Source of the DNA: a bacterium
Lineage (GTDB): Bacteria > Patescibacteriota > Minisyncoccia > Phycocordibacterales > UBA6899
Reading direction: 5' to 3'
NCBI GenBank assembly: GCA_043736515.1
Contig: JAYTCK010000013.1
Coordinates: 12,214 to 76,213 of the forward strand
Length of the DNA: 64,000 bases
The notes beneath the pieces are model-generated. The model had not been told where the DNA came from, ran no database searches, and was given only the letters and a program-made list of their open reading frames with translations. Of this stretch, positions 26,944 through 35,652 are shown one piece after another. The position numbers were made by a program, and so were the translations under genes. Positions within the stretch are counted from its first letter, which is position 1. Every line of letters starts with the position of its first letter.

Positions 26944-28095
26944 TCAGAAGTTGCGGAATACGTCTCGGGCCATATCGCGAGAAGTTGTGTATCTCATTTT
27001 TGCCATATCCATATTTAACTTCTCGATTTGAGTCCTTATTTGTGCTTGCTTTATATTCTTACGGTCAATTTGGTCATATATATTCGCGACCCCATGTTCG
27101 GCTCTCAAGCTTTTTGTATCTCTACGGACTTCGTCCTTCACCGTCTTTATTTCCGTCGTTGCATCAAGACGAATCTCCTGCTCATTTAATTTAGCAATTT
27201 GGGCTTCATATCTTGCCTGTTCGGCGGCCGAGGGGTTGGGCTTGGAAAGAAATGCTGCCCGCGCCTCTGCCCGCTGGGTTTTCAGTTGCGCCTTGCTTAC
27301 ATCATACCTTGCTTCCATTTGCATGGGTTGGGTTCTGTTCTCTACACGTGACTCAACCTCGGCAATTCGGGAATTTCCGCCTGCTCGTAACAATAGCTCC
27401 TCTTTTTCTCTATCTAGCTTCTCATGCTGCATCGCAAGATTTTGTTGCTGTTGTTGCATACGTTCAATTCGTTGTCCTCCTTGCACTCCACGCTCAATTG
27501 GACGGATAACGCCTCCTTCAATTGTTTTTCCAAGTCTTGGATTTTGAGCTCCGACAACACCGGCCACTACAGGGATAAAGTCAACATAGCCCGCCGCTTC
27601 TGCATTGTCGGTGTGCGAAAAAGCCGCAATTGCGACCACTACGCCGGTAGTTACATGACGCACAGCTTTAAGCGATCCATTCATTAATTTCTTTAACAGA
27701 CCACTGCTTTGCTCAGCTTTTTCCGCATTCTCTGGGCTCTCCACAGCAGCAAAAGTACCGCCCACTGCTGCAACACGAGCAGCTTGGTTTGATTTTCCTT
27801 CCACATCGAGGGCATTAAGCGCCATCGCTTCGGTTCCCTCCCCTACCTCTGCCGCTAACCCTTGATTCTCTGGAGTAAGATTGGTAAATTCCATAACTGC
27901 ATTTTGTGTGGCAGGTGGAAGTTCTGACATTTCTATAATCTCAATTGATTCAGAGTCTGGAGACTCATTAAGATTAGTGACATCAGATATACCGCTCTCC
28001 TTCTCTGCCTCTGATATATGTACCGGAATTATGTCTTCGTGAATCACAACTCCTTCCTCCTCGGGTATTTCGAAACTTTGGAATTTCTCGCTCAT
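26944..28095 (-). CDS. Hypothetical protein: acidic N-terminus, central hydrophobic segment, coiled-coil C-terminus
   Basis: 383-aa ORF; composition only. Confidence 0.75.
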   Translation of the reverse strand: MSEKFQSFEIPEEEGVVIHEDIIPVHISEAEKESGISDVTNLNESPDSESIEIIEMSELPPATQNAVMEFTNLTPENQGLAAEVGEGTEAMALNALDVEGKSNQAARVAAVGGTFAAVESPENAEKAEQSSGLLKKLMNGSLKAVRHVTTGVVVAIAAFSHTDNAEAAGYVDFIPVVAGVVGAQNPRLGKTIEGGVIRPIERGVQGGQRIERMQQQQQNLAMQHEKLDREKEELLLRAGGNSRIAEVESRVENRTQPMQMEARYDVSKAQLKTQRAEARAAFLSKPNPSAAEQARYEAQIAKLNEQEIRLDATTEIKTVKDEVRRDTKSLRAEHGVANIYDQIDRKNIKQAQIRTQIEKLNMDMAKMRYTTSRDMARDVFRNF

Positions 28096-28104
28096 ATAAA
28101 AATA

Positions 28105-28383
28105 TTACGCTAATGCTTCTTCGTATTCACGACGCTCTTGCTTCACAATTTCGTGAAGCTTTTTTAAATTTCCCTGAGCATCGAGCTTTTTCTTCAAATT
28201 TTTTACAATCGCATCGATACCAAACGGATCTTCCTCGCAGACTTGTATAAACATCAGGAGCATCACGTCGGCCACAAACGGAATTCGTCCAGAAAGAATT
28301 TTTTTATCTTCAGCAGGAATATGCGATTGTTCAACAATTGCAGTTGCTTTTTCAGTCAGTTCCTTGCGTGATTGTTCTATCAT
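28105..28383 (-). CDS. Hypothetical protein
   Basis: 92-aa ORF with ATG start, operonic with the next gene. Confidence 0.7.
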   Translation of the reverse strand: MIEQSRKELTEKATAIVEQSHIPAEDKKILSGRIPFVADVMLLMFIQVCEEDPFGIDAIVKNLKKKLDAQGNLKKLHEIVKQERREYEEALA

Positions 28384-28573
28384 ATATACATTAATACTAT
28401 ATCACAATTTTAATATAAAGCAAATCCTAGCCAGGCTTTTCTGACTAAGTTTTATACAGGACAGTATACCACCAGAACTTTTTCTTACATATGTAATTTA
28501 TTTAACTGAGGAGCGCCGCACAAAACATTAGGTAGGCCTGACCGATCAATATCTTACGAATTACTATAAAAAA

Positions 28574-29225
28574 CGTTTCACGTGAAACGTTTTATGTATT
28601 TGTTGTGTTTCACGTGCTACCAAATTGGCAAGAAATGAACACTTTGTTAATTAAATATAAAACACCATCTCGTTACACATGAAACTAACTATCGCGCACA
28701 ATCACTACAAAATGACATCATGAATTACATTTACTCGTGCAGTTTTGTTAAAAGCGTTCAATTCTATAGTAATTACATCAAACTGCCAGTCTTCGGAAAC
28801 ATTATATTCGAAAATATATGCTTGGATTGTGCGGCCAATACTCTGAAGCTTTGATTTGTGTACATTATCTTCCGGGCGGTAATTATCAAGTTTCTCCCCT
28901 AATGTTCCACGTGTAACAGTTTTCACCTCAACAAAGTGCAAGCGTTGATTTTTCCTGCAAATAACATCAATCTCTCCATACTTTTTTAAGTAATTTCGCT
29001 CAGCTATCGAAAAACCTTGTTTCACAAGAAACCTAACTGCAATATCCTCACCAATTTGGCCAACTTTTTGTTTTTCTGTTTTTTCACCCATTTCTCCCAT
29101 ACTAATCTAAAACCGTTCCACATGAAACATTCTCAAACACAGAACGGCATGGTACGGCAATTAAGCCGGCATACGCACTGTGCCAATCAGCAATGAAACT
29201 TCCTGGCAATGTTCCACGTGTAACA
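28574..29225. promoter_or_regulatory. Cluster of parS-like palindromes
   Basis: Matches to TGTTTCACGTGAAACA at 28574, 28606, 28671, 28903, 29018 (degenerate), 29114 and 29210. Confidence 0.85.
28705..29100 (-). CDS. yraN: YraN family nuclease
   Basis: GQIGEDIA..FL...G..I.ERNY..KYGEIDVI..LHFVEVK...QFDV. Confidence 0.9.
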   Translation of the reverse strand: MGEMGEKTEKQKVGQIGEDIAVRFLVKQGFSIAERNYLKKYGEIDVICRKNQRLHFVEVKTVTRGTLGEKLDNYRPEDNVHKSKLQSIGRTIQAYIFEYNVSEDWQFDVITIELNAFNKTARVNVIHDVIL

Positions 29226-29299
29226 TCTGATTGCCACGATCATGTCTCTTCTGAAATGCTTGGCTTTTTATGATTTATTAGACTTTTTTAAAAAATCCT

Positions 29300-29560
29300 T
29301 CGCGAAGCTATCCACTGTTTAAAAACCCGCGCTTTATCCTGCGAGGTTCAACCTCGTAGGATGTTATATAAAGCCTAATTCTTGAAGGAATACTGACTAT
29401 TAAAAGAGGTCTCATGTGTAGCTGCCATAAAAACTGAGCCGAAGCACTGAGGGTAGTGTCTGTGTATAAACATGTGGATAGTGTGCATAAAGGACACTCA
29501 AGGACACAATTTTGTCCTTTATAAACACTATACACAGGGTTATCCACAGTTGTGCGCACA
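29300..29560. promoter_or_regulatory. DnaA-box cluster, candidate oriC
   Basis: TTATCCACA at 29540; variants at 29308, 29461, 29473, 29482 and 29528; gene-strand switch; adjacent parS sites. Confidence 0.75.
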
Positions 29561-29623
29561 GGAGGTGACAAAAAGCGCGAGTTGCTATTTAATTAGAAAA
29601 GAGCCTTGCCGTATGGAGGTATT

Positions 29624-30007
29624 GTGGAAAACAGACTGAAAGTTTTGGTTGTTGAAGATGATTCTGATCTTCAAGATGCCTACCGAATGAGCCTTGAGCA
29701 TCTTGTAGACGTTGTCACTGCCGGCAGTATTTCCTCAGCAATGACTGCGCTGCGACGTGAAAAAAAGTTTTCGCTTATTATTCTCGATGGGAATGTCCCA
29801 CGGCGCGATAATGAGCCTTTGATGCAGACGACGGTTGAACTTGCACAACACATCTCGTTTGTACTTGGCATCCCCATGATTTCCGCTTCCGGCGACGAGA
29901 AATTAAACGACATACTTGTCTGCAGAGGCTGTATACGAGCAGACAAGTTCACTGCTGTTCAAGAAGCGGAGAGGTTCCTTGCGGGAATTAATGCCAAAAT
30001 AACCTAG
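29624..30007 (+). CDS. Single-domain response regulator (receiver)
   Basis: VLVVEDD, IILDG, ISASG, DK; GGAGGT RBS before GTG 29624. Confidence 0.8.
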   Translation: MENRLKVLVVEDDSDLQDAYRMSLEHLVDVVTAGSISSAMTALRREKKFSLIILDGNVPRRDNEPLMQTTVELAQHISFVLGIPMISASGDEKLNDILVCRGCIRADKFTAVQEAERFLAGINAKIT

Positions 30008-30150
30008 CTGTAGTACAGCTGCCCGAAATTTTCGGGCTTTTTTATTGGTCTTTCATTAGCAAAATTGGCGGGAGGAGGATCGTCGTTAATTTGCCATTTC
30101 AAATAAGATTCGCTAGTATATGGCGACACGCTGAGCATAAAAATGCGCTT

Positions 30151-30314
30151 GCGGGTATGGTTTAGTGGTAGAATACGTCCTTGCCAAGGATGAGACGGGA
30201 GTGAGGTGTGGCTACTGGGAACCCATTCTGATGGGGCCACACCGCAAGACCTTTTGAGGTTTTTTCTGAAAAATCCAAAAGGTGTACAGGTCCTGTAGGG
30301 ACCGATTCTCCCTA
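30151..30314 (+). repeat. Partial tRNA-Gly(GCC) duplicate interrupted in the T-loop by a 100-nt structured element (30203-30302)
   Basis: 52 nt identical to the intact tRNA | element | CGATTCTCCCTA. Confidence 0.87.
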
Positions 30315-30344
30315 AATGAGGAATCGCGGTACAATATAAAAAAT

Positions 30345-30415
30345 GCGGGTATGGTTTAGTGGTAGAATACGTCCTTGCCAAGGATGAGACGGGAGTTCGA
30401 TTCTCCCTACCCGCA
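30345..30415 (+). tRNA. tRNA-Gly(GCC), no encoded CCA
   Basis: GCGGGTATGGTTTAGTGGTAGAATACGTCCTTGCCAAGGATGAGACGGGAGTTCGATTCTCCCTACCCGCA. Confidence 0.95.
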
Positions 30416-30584
30416 CAAATACAAAAATACCGCCGCCGCAAGGCGGTATTTTGTATTTGTGCGGGTAAGAAGTGCCCCACGGCACTTCGTGGGAGAATCG
30501 AAGCCGTTCTCCCATAATTTTAAGCGACAACCGCTGTCGTTTAAAATTGGGAAACGGGTACTGCGCCTGTAAGGCGAGATTCTC
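30416..30584 (+). repeat. tRNA-Gly(GCC) downstream module: long inverted repeat, antisense tRNA 3' end, and conserved core
   Basis: Same architecture and core sequence as 26467-26639. Confidence 0.8.
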
Positions 30585-30706
30585 ATATTTAAGTACCTGC
30601 GGAAGTAATCGGCGATTCTCCCTAGTTATGCCTGCTTAATGCGTAGTTGGCGATTCTTTGATTTTTTGTCAACTGCGCGCTATAGTTGGCCTATTATATA
30701 GACGAC

Positions 30707-30778
30707 GCTCCCGTAGTGAAACGGATATCACAACGGTCTTCGAAACCGTTAGTCCAAGTTCGAGTCTTGGCGGGAGCA
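30707..30778 (+). tRNA. tRNA-Arg(TCG), no encoded CCA
   Basis: GCTCCCG acceptor stem; anticodon arm ACGGT-CTTCGAA-ACCGT; T-arm CCAAG-TTCGAGT-CTTGG. Confidence 0.9.
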
Positions 30779-30791
30779 CAAATAGAAATTT

Positions 30792-32279
30792 ATGAAAAAA
30801 TTATTTTCCATTCCGGAAGAAATATCTTTTGTAACAAGGACCCTCGAACACGCCGGTTATGAAGCATACCTTGTTGGCGGCTGCGTGCGCGACCTTATCC
30901 GCAGTGCGAAACCCAAAGACTGGGACGTGACGACCAACGCAAACCCTGATCAAATCATCGGACTTTTTCCAAAAACATTTTACGAAAACGAATACGGCAC
31001 AGTTGGCGTGGTAAATGAGGAGATTCCGGAAGGGGACATAGAGCGCGGAACACTGCGTGTTGTTGAGGTTACTCCGTATCGCAAAGAGACAACGTATTCA
31101 AACTTTCGACATCCCGACGAAGTATTGTTCTCTGGAAATTTGCATGACGATCTTCTCCGGCGAGACTTCACGATGAACGCGATTGCGTACAGTACCTCGA
31201 CGGGAGAGATTGTTGATCCACACATGGGAGTTGAGGATATTGAGCGCCATCTTATTCGTACCGTTGGCAAGCCCGAAGACCGCTTTCATGAGGATGCGCT
31301 CCGTGTCATGCGTGCCATTCGCTTTGGTGCTGAGCTAGGCTTCGCTATTGAAATGGAGACAATGAATGCTGTTGTGAAGTTCGGACATCGATTGGAGAAA
31401 ATTGCGGCTGAGCGTATTCGTGATGAATTCATAAAAATTATTATGTCGGAGCGCCCAATGGAGGGAATTATTTTGCTGCATCGTGCCGAGATACTCCAAT
31501 TTATTATGCCTGAGCTAGAGCAAGGACTTGGGTGCGAACAAAATGGCGATCACATCTACCATGTGTGGGAACACAACCTTCGTGCACTCGAACACTCGAA
31601 GGAGCGCAACTGGCCGCTTCATGTACGCATTGCGGCACTCCTCCATGATGTTGCGAAACCCGCGACACGCAAGTGGGCGGAGGAAAAAAAGGATTGGACA
31701 TTTTACGGACACGACGTTGTTGGAGGACGAATGGCGACGAAAATGCTTGAGCGGCTCAAATTTCCCAAACAATTTATTCATGACGTTGCAACACTCGTGC
31801 GGTATCATCTTTTCTTTTCCGATATTGAAAAAATAACACTTTCTGCAGTAAGACGCATTGTCGCAAATGTTGGACCGGAACTTGTATGGGATCTTATGAA
31901 TGTTCGTGCCTGCGATCGCATTGGAATGGGGCGCCCAAAAGAAACTCCATATCGTCTACGCAAATATCACTCAATGATTGAAGAGGCGATGCGCGCCCCA
32001 GTCTCCGTGGGAATGCTCAAGATTGATGGTGCTCGGATTATGGAGGTGGCACAGATCAAACCGGGTCGTGAAATCGGATTTATTTTACATGCACTCTTTA
32101 ATGAGGTGCTTGATGACCCCTTGAAAAACTCCGCACAATATTTGGAGGAACGCACAAAGGAGCTCTTAGCTCTTCCGCTAAATGAATTAGCAAAGCTTGG
32201 TGAAGCGGGAAAAGAAACGAAGGCAGAAAAAGAGGAAGGAGAGGTAAGTGCGATACGTAAAAAATACGGCGTAAAGTAA
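30792..32279 (+). CDS. CCA tRNA nucleotidyltransferase / poly(A) polymerase family protein with HD domain
   Basis: AYLVGGCVRD, KDWDV, DLLRRDFTMNA, EDALRVMRAIRF, LLHDVAK, FYGH. Confidence 0.92.
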   Translation: MKKLFSIPEEISFVTRTLEHAGYEAYLVGGCVRDLIRSAKPKDWDVTTNANPDQIIGLFPKTFYENEYGTVGVVNEEIPEGDIERGTLRVVEVTPYRKETTYSNFRHPDEVLFSGNLHDDLLRRDFTMNAIAYSTSTGEIVDPHMGVEDIERHLIRTVGKPEDRFHEDALRVMRAIRFGAELGFAIEMETMNAVVKFGHRLEKIAAERIRDEFIKIIMSERPMEGIILLHRAEILQFIMPELEQGLGCEQNGDHIYHVWEHNLRALEHSKERNWPLHVRIAALLHDVAKPATRKWAEEKKDWTFYGHDVVGGRMATKMLERLKFPKQFIHDVATLVRYHLFFSDIEKITLSAVRRIVANVGPELVWDLMNVRACDRIGMGRPKETPYRLRKYHSMIEEAMRAPVSVGMLKIDGARIMEVAQIKPGREIGFILHALFNEVLDDPLKNSAQYLEERTKELLALPLNELAKLGEAGKETKAEKEEGEVSAIRKKYGVK

Positions 32280-32299
32280 TAAAAACATATTTCAATACT

Positions 32300-33970
32300 A
32301 TGAGTTTAGAATTTCCAATACAGGAGGATGTGGGCGACAACCAGCAGGGTCTGGTATCTGAAAATATCTCCGTCGAGGCTCCTTTGTTTGCGCGACAAGC
32401 CGGCACATTGACTGAGGAGCTTACTCGGCAAAATCCGCAGTCGCGGAAGCAGATAGAACAATTTGCAAGCGATTATGGAATGTTCAACGAAGTTGCCCAG
32501 GAAAATACCTCAACAAGTTCAATTCCCAAAATGCCTATTTTTTCAGAAGCACATACCTCTGAATCGGGCGAGCGAATGATGGAACAAGGTCTTCTTTATC
32601 AAGATATCGCAAAGTACCTGCGGCAATATAGTGGGGAAAAAGGCATCGCCGACAATGGGATTACCGTGACCTTAAATGCACTTACTGAATTCTTTTTAAC
32701 ATACGGGAGTGAGATTACTCGTGATGCCAGTGGAAAAGCGAGCGTACCAGCCGAAGGGATTTCTGAGAGCAGGAAAATGCAGATAGATCGTTTTCTGCTT
32801 GGAGACAGCGTATACAATAATAGACTTGGTCGCCTGAAGTCCAAATTTGGAGAAGAAATTCCAGAAGGTGCGATCGACGAGCTCAGGCACAAAACAGTTA
32901 TGAATTATATACGTGCCCTTTCGCGAGAACCCTCAGCGCACATGAGCATGGAAGATCAGCTCGTCGACACAAAAGATCCGTTCGCTCACCTTCAAGAAAA
33001 AACATTAGAAAATTTGTCTTTTTCTGCACACCTACCAACTCGAGAACTTTTAAAAGCTCTTGCGCAGACAAGTGGCGAGCGCTTTCTCACTGAGAAAACA
33101 TTTGATAGCGACCGTTCTTTGTATGAGATCCTTGATTTGGCAAATTTGAAAAGGGAGTTGATGGAGGTAAGGCGATCAGGAACACCAGAAGAAGTGTCCC
33201 GTGTGATCACAGGCACGGTCGACAATTTGAGTCGAAACATAAGAAAAATTTTTCAATATCAGAAAAATTCTCCGACCATAAGTGAGATGTCCAAAACTCG
33301 CACGGCAAACTGTGCCGGTTATGCTTTGATTGCCTCACTATTACTCAAGGAACTAGACATTAGCAACGCGACCGTCGGTGGAACACGTCACGCATTTATA
33401 GGATACACCACACCGGACAAATCGGTCTTGTTCAGCGATTTTCAAGGAGGACCTAGTACGAAAATCACGAGTGACGATCTCGACAGGGCAGACCCCGAAC
33501 ACGTGCAGAAATTTATCGACCAAGGCGACCGCGTCGTGATGCCGCTCAGGCTGTCTATTGGCACTCCGCTAAATTGGTGGAATCCAGATGAGGGATTCTC
33601 ATATCGGCAAGAGACGGTATATTTGTACAGGGAAATCGACCCTGGTCTCATGAATAGTCTCTACAGAATTCAAACCGGCTCCGGAATAACGCCAGAAATT
33701 ATCCTGGGAGCAGGGAGTGCAGTAGACCCAGGAATGCTAAAGTCTGTCGCACAGCTTAAGTCTGCCATTCAGTACAACCCAGACGATCCTTCGTTGTATC
33801 ATGAGTTGGCAGACAAACTTTCGCCTGTGGTCGGACAAGAACCTGATTTAGCTAACAAAGCATACGCAAAGTGGTTAGACCTTAGCAGCGAGGCAGGGGT
33901 TTCGCAAAAGGGGGAAAAGCAAAGAAGTTTTTGGACGAAGCTGAAGAAAAAATTTTGGTCAGATAAGTAA
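32300..33970 (+). CDS. Hypothetical protein with a possible transglutaminase-like Cys-His-Asp core and a TPR-like C-terminus
   Basis: TANCAGYALI...RHAFIG...FSD; AIQYNPDDPSLYHELA. Confidence 0.6.
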   Translation: MSLEFPIQEDVGDNQQGLVSENISVEAPLFARQAGTLTEELTRQNPQSRKQIEQFASDYGMFNEVAQENTSTSSIPKMPIFSEAHTSESGERMMEQGLLYQDIAKYLRQYSGEKGIADNGITVTLNALTEFFLTYGSEITRDASGKASVPAEGISESRKMQIDRFLLGDSVYNNRLGRLKSKFGEEIPEGAIDELRHKTVMNYIRALSREPSAHMSMEDQLVDTKDPFAHLQEKTLENLSFSAHLPTRELLKALAQTSGERFLTEKTFDSDRSLYEILDLANLKRELMEVRRSGTPEEVSRVITGTVDNLSRNIRKIFQYQKNSPTISEMSKTRTANCAGYALIASLLLKELDISNATVGGTRHAFIGYTTPDKSVLFSDFQGGPSTKITSDDLDRADPEHVQKFIDQGDRVVMPLRLSIGTPLNWWNPDEGFSYRQETVYLYREIDPGLMNSLYRIQTGSGITPEIILGAGSAVDPGMLKSVAQLKSAIQYNPDDPSLYHELADKLSPVVGQEPDLANKAYAKWLDLSSEAGVSQKGEKQRSFWTKLKKKFWSDK

Positions 33971-34051
33971 TACAGAGGAGCGGTAATATACGAAAAAAAT
34001 ACAACGTAAAGTGATAACAATCCCCGCGAGACTTCTCTTGTGGGGATTGTT

Positions 34052-34820
34052 TCTAGGTTCAACAAGTAAGTGCAACACTCCTGTAACATAAGGAGCATAT
34101 GAATTATAGGCATTTCAGCATTGTGGAGCGCGAAAAGCTTCAAGATGGGTTGTGGGCAAAAAGGTCGATTCGTTCAATAGCCGAGGAACTCGGCAGGAGT
34201 CCCTCCTCAGTTTCTCGCGAAATTGCGAAGAATAAACCCCTGCAGTTCAGGCGATACACCCCACGGTTAGCACACGAGCGGGCGCTCGAGCACCGCCACC
34301 ATCGCGGAAGAACAGACCGTCTCAAAAATCAGGTTGTACGCAGCTATGTCCATCACAAACTCAAGGAGGGCTTCTCCCCCGAACAGATCGCCGGACGACT
34401 CCGCATCGACCACCCCAAGGAACGTATCTCCCACGAAGCAATCTATCAATTCATCTACGTGCAAGTGCATCGTGGTGGACGTGGGGACGTTCGACCTGGA
34501 CATGTTGATCTCCGTCCATGGTTGAAGCGCAGACATAAGGCACGTGCAAAGCACGGATTCCGTAAAGGAGCCCGTGTCTTGCGGCCTTCCGGACCATCCA
34601 TTGATGTACGACCCAGAGTGGTCGATCGTCGCACCCGTCTTGGAGATTGGGAGAGCGACACGGTGGAATCCTGTCTCCATCGTCCGGGAATCAACACGCT
34701 TGTGGTCGGATGAAGAGCTTGCACGGGTGGAGTATGCGATCAATACACGACCGAGGAAACGGCTGGGGTGGAGAACCCCGTTAGAAGTATGGAGTGTTGC
34801 ACTTCGAAGTTGAATGTACC
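34052..34820 (+). mobile_element. Internally deleted IS30-family element
   Basis: Terminal inverted repeats ttcaac..aagtgcaacactcc / ggagtgttgcactt..gttgaa flank a broken transposase. Confidence 0.88.
34099..34813 (+). pseudogene. IS30 transposase pseudogene (DDE core deleted, frameshifted)
   Basis: HTH (IAEELGRSPSSVSREI), SPEQIAGR, ISHEAIYQ, GDWESDTV, then a jump to INTRPRKRLGWRTP in another frame. Confidence 0.88.
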
Positions 34821-34923
34821 GTTATATGAGTTGACAAATCAATAAGAATGTGTAGTGTGTGAAATAGGCACCTTACAAAGTTCGGAGCCATCCCTGTAAC
34901 AACTTTTCTCAAGGAGAGACAAA

Positions 34924-35607
34924 GTGGTAAATCAATTTGAAGTATTGGATGACGGACGACGAGCAAAACCTTCACATCAGAACAATGACCAACGCGGCGA
35001 TTTCGGCGCAACGGCGATATTCATTTTTTCACCCGACTTCCATGAGATCGTGACCGTATACGGATCTCGATTCGGTAACCGCAAAGTGCCTTCCGGCGGC
35101 ATAGAAGAAAGAGACTTCGCATCTTCTCGCTCAAGTATTGCTGAAGCTGCAGAGCGCGGTGCTCTTCGTGAATGCACAGAGGAGACACGCATGACGGAGG
35201 ACAAGCTCGTCGGTGTATGCAAGTCATCAGTCGAGGATGTCATCCGCGGCAAAATGATGCGTTACTACTTCATTGGGATTGCCAAGGAGCGCTGTGTTAT
35301 CACTCCTTTTCGCTCCAAGGAAGACGGCAAGGACCGGTATGTCGATCACCAGCGCTGGGAACATGTCGCCGACGTGCTGTGTGGAGCTTCCCGTAGTGGA
35401 GAGCAGTACAACACGCACTATTCAATCGCGCTGCTCAAAATAATTCAAGAGATGAAGGAATGGGGATATGACAATGACTCGGGTTTTGTGGAGCTCTTGA
35501 GGACACTCAGATTATTTTCGGAATCTGACTTCGAGGAGCAATTAAAGGTGCTGATTGCCCGCAGAGAGGTCGAAGAGGCATCGAGGAGACAGCGCCAGTA
35601 TTCATAG
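34924..35607 (+). CDS. NUDIX hydrolase-like protein
   Basis: PSGGIE...ALRECTEET nudix-like box with an insertion. Confidence 0.65.
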   Translation: MVNQFEVLDDGRRAKPSHQNNDQRGDFGATAIFIFSPDFHEIVTVYGSRFGNRKVPSGGIEERDFASSRSSIAEAAERGALRECTEETRMTEDKLVGVCKSSVEDVIRGKMMRYYFIGIAKERCVITPFRSKEDGKDRYVDHQRWEHVADVLCGASRSGEQYNTHYSIALLKIIQEMKEWGYDNDSGFVELLRTLRLFSESDFEEQLKVLIARREVEEASRRQRQYS

Positions 35608-35623
35608 TGTGCAGAGAGTGTGT

Positions 35624-35650
35624 GCCCGGCAAATTGCCGGGCTTTTTTAT
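35624..35650 (+). terminator. Intrinsic terminator
   Basis: gcccggc-aaatt-gccgggc followed by a T-run. Confidence 0.75.
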
Positions 35651-35652
35651 AC

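Noticed and set aside
30203-30302. tRNA insert as a hammerhead ribozyme or a canonical group I/II intron
   Set aside because: It lacks the CUGANGA/GAAA core, is too short for known group I/II introns, precise excision would not restore the tRNA, and the 3' exon is truncated. Kept as an unknown element.
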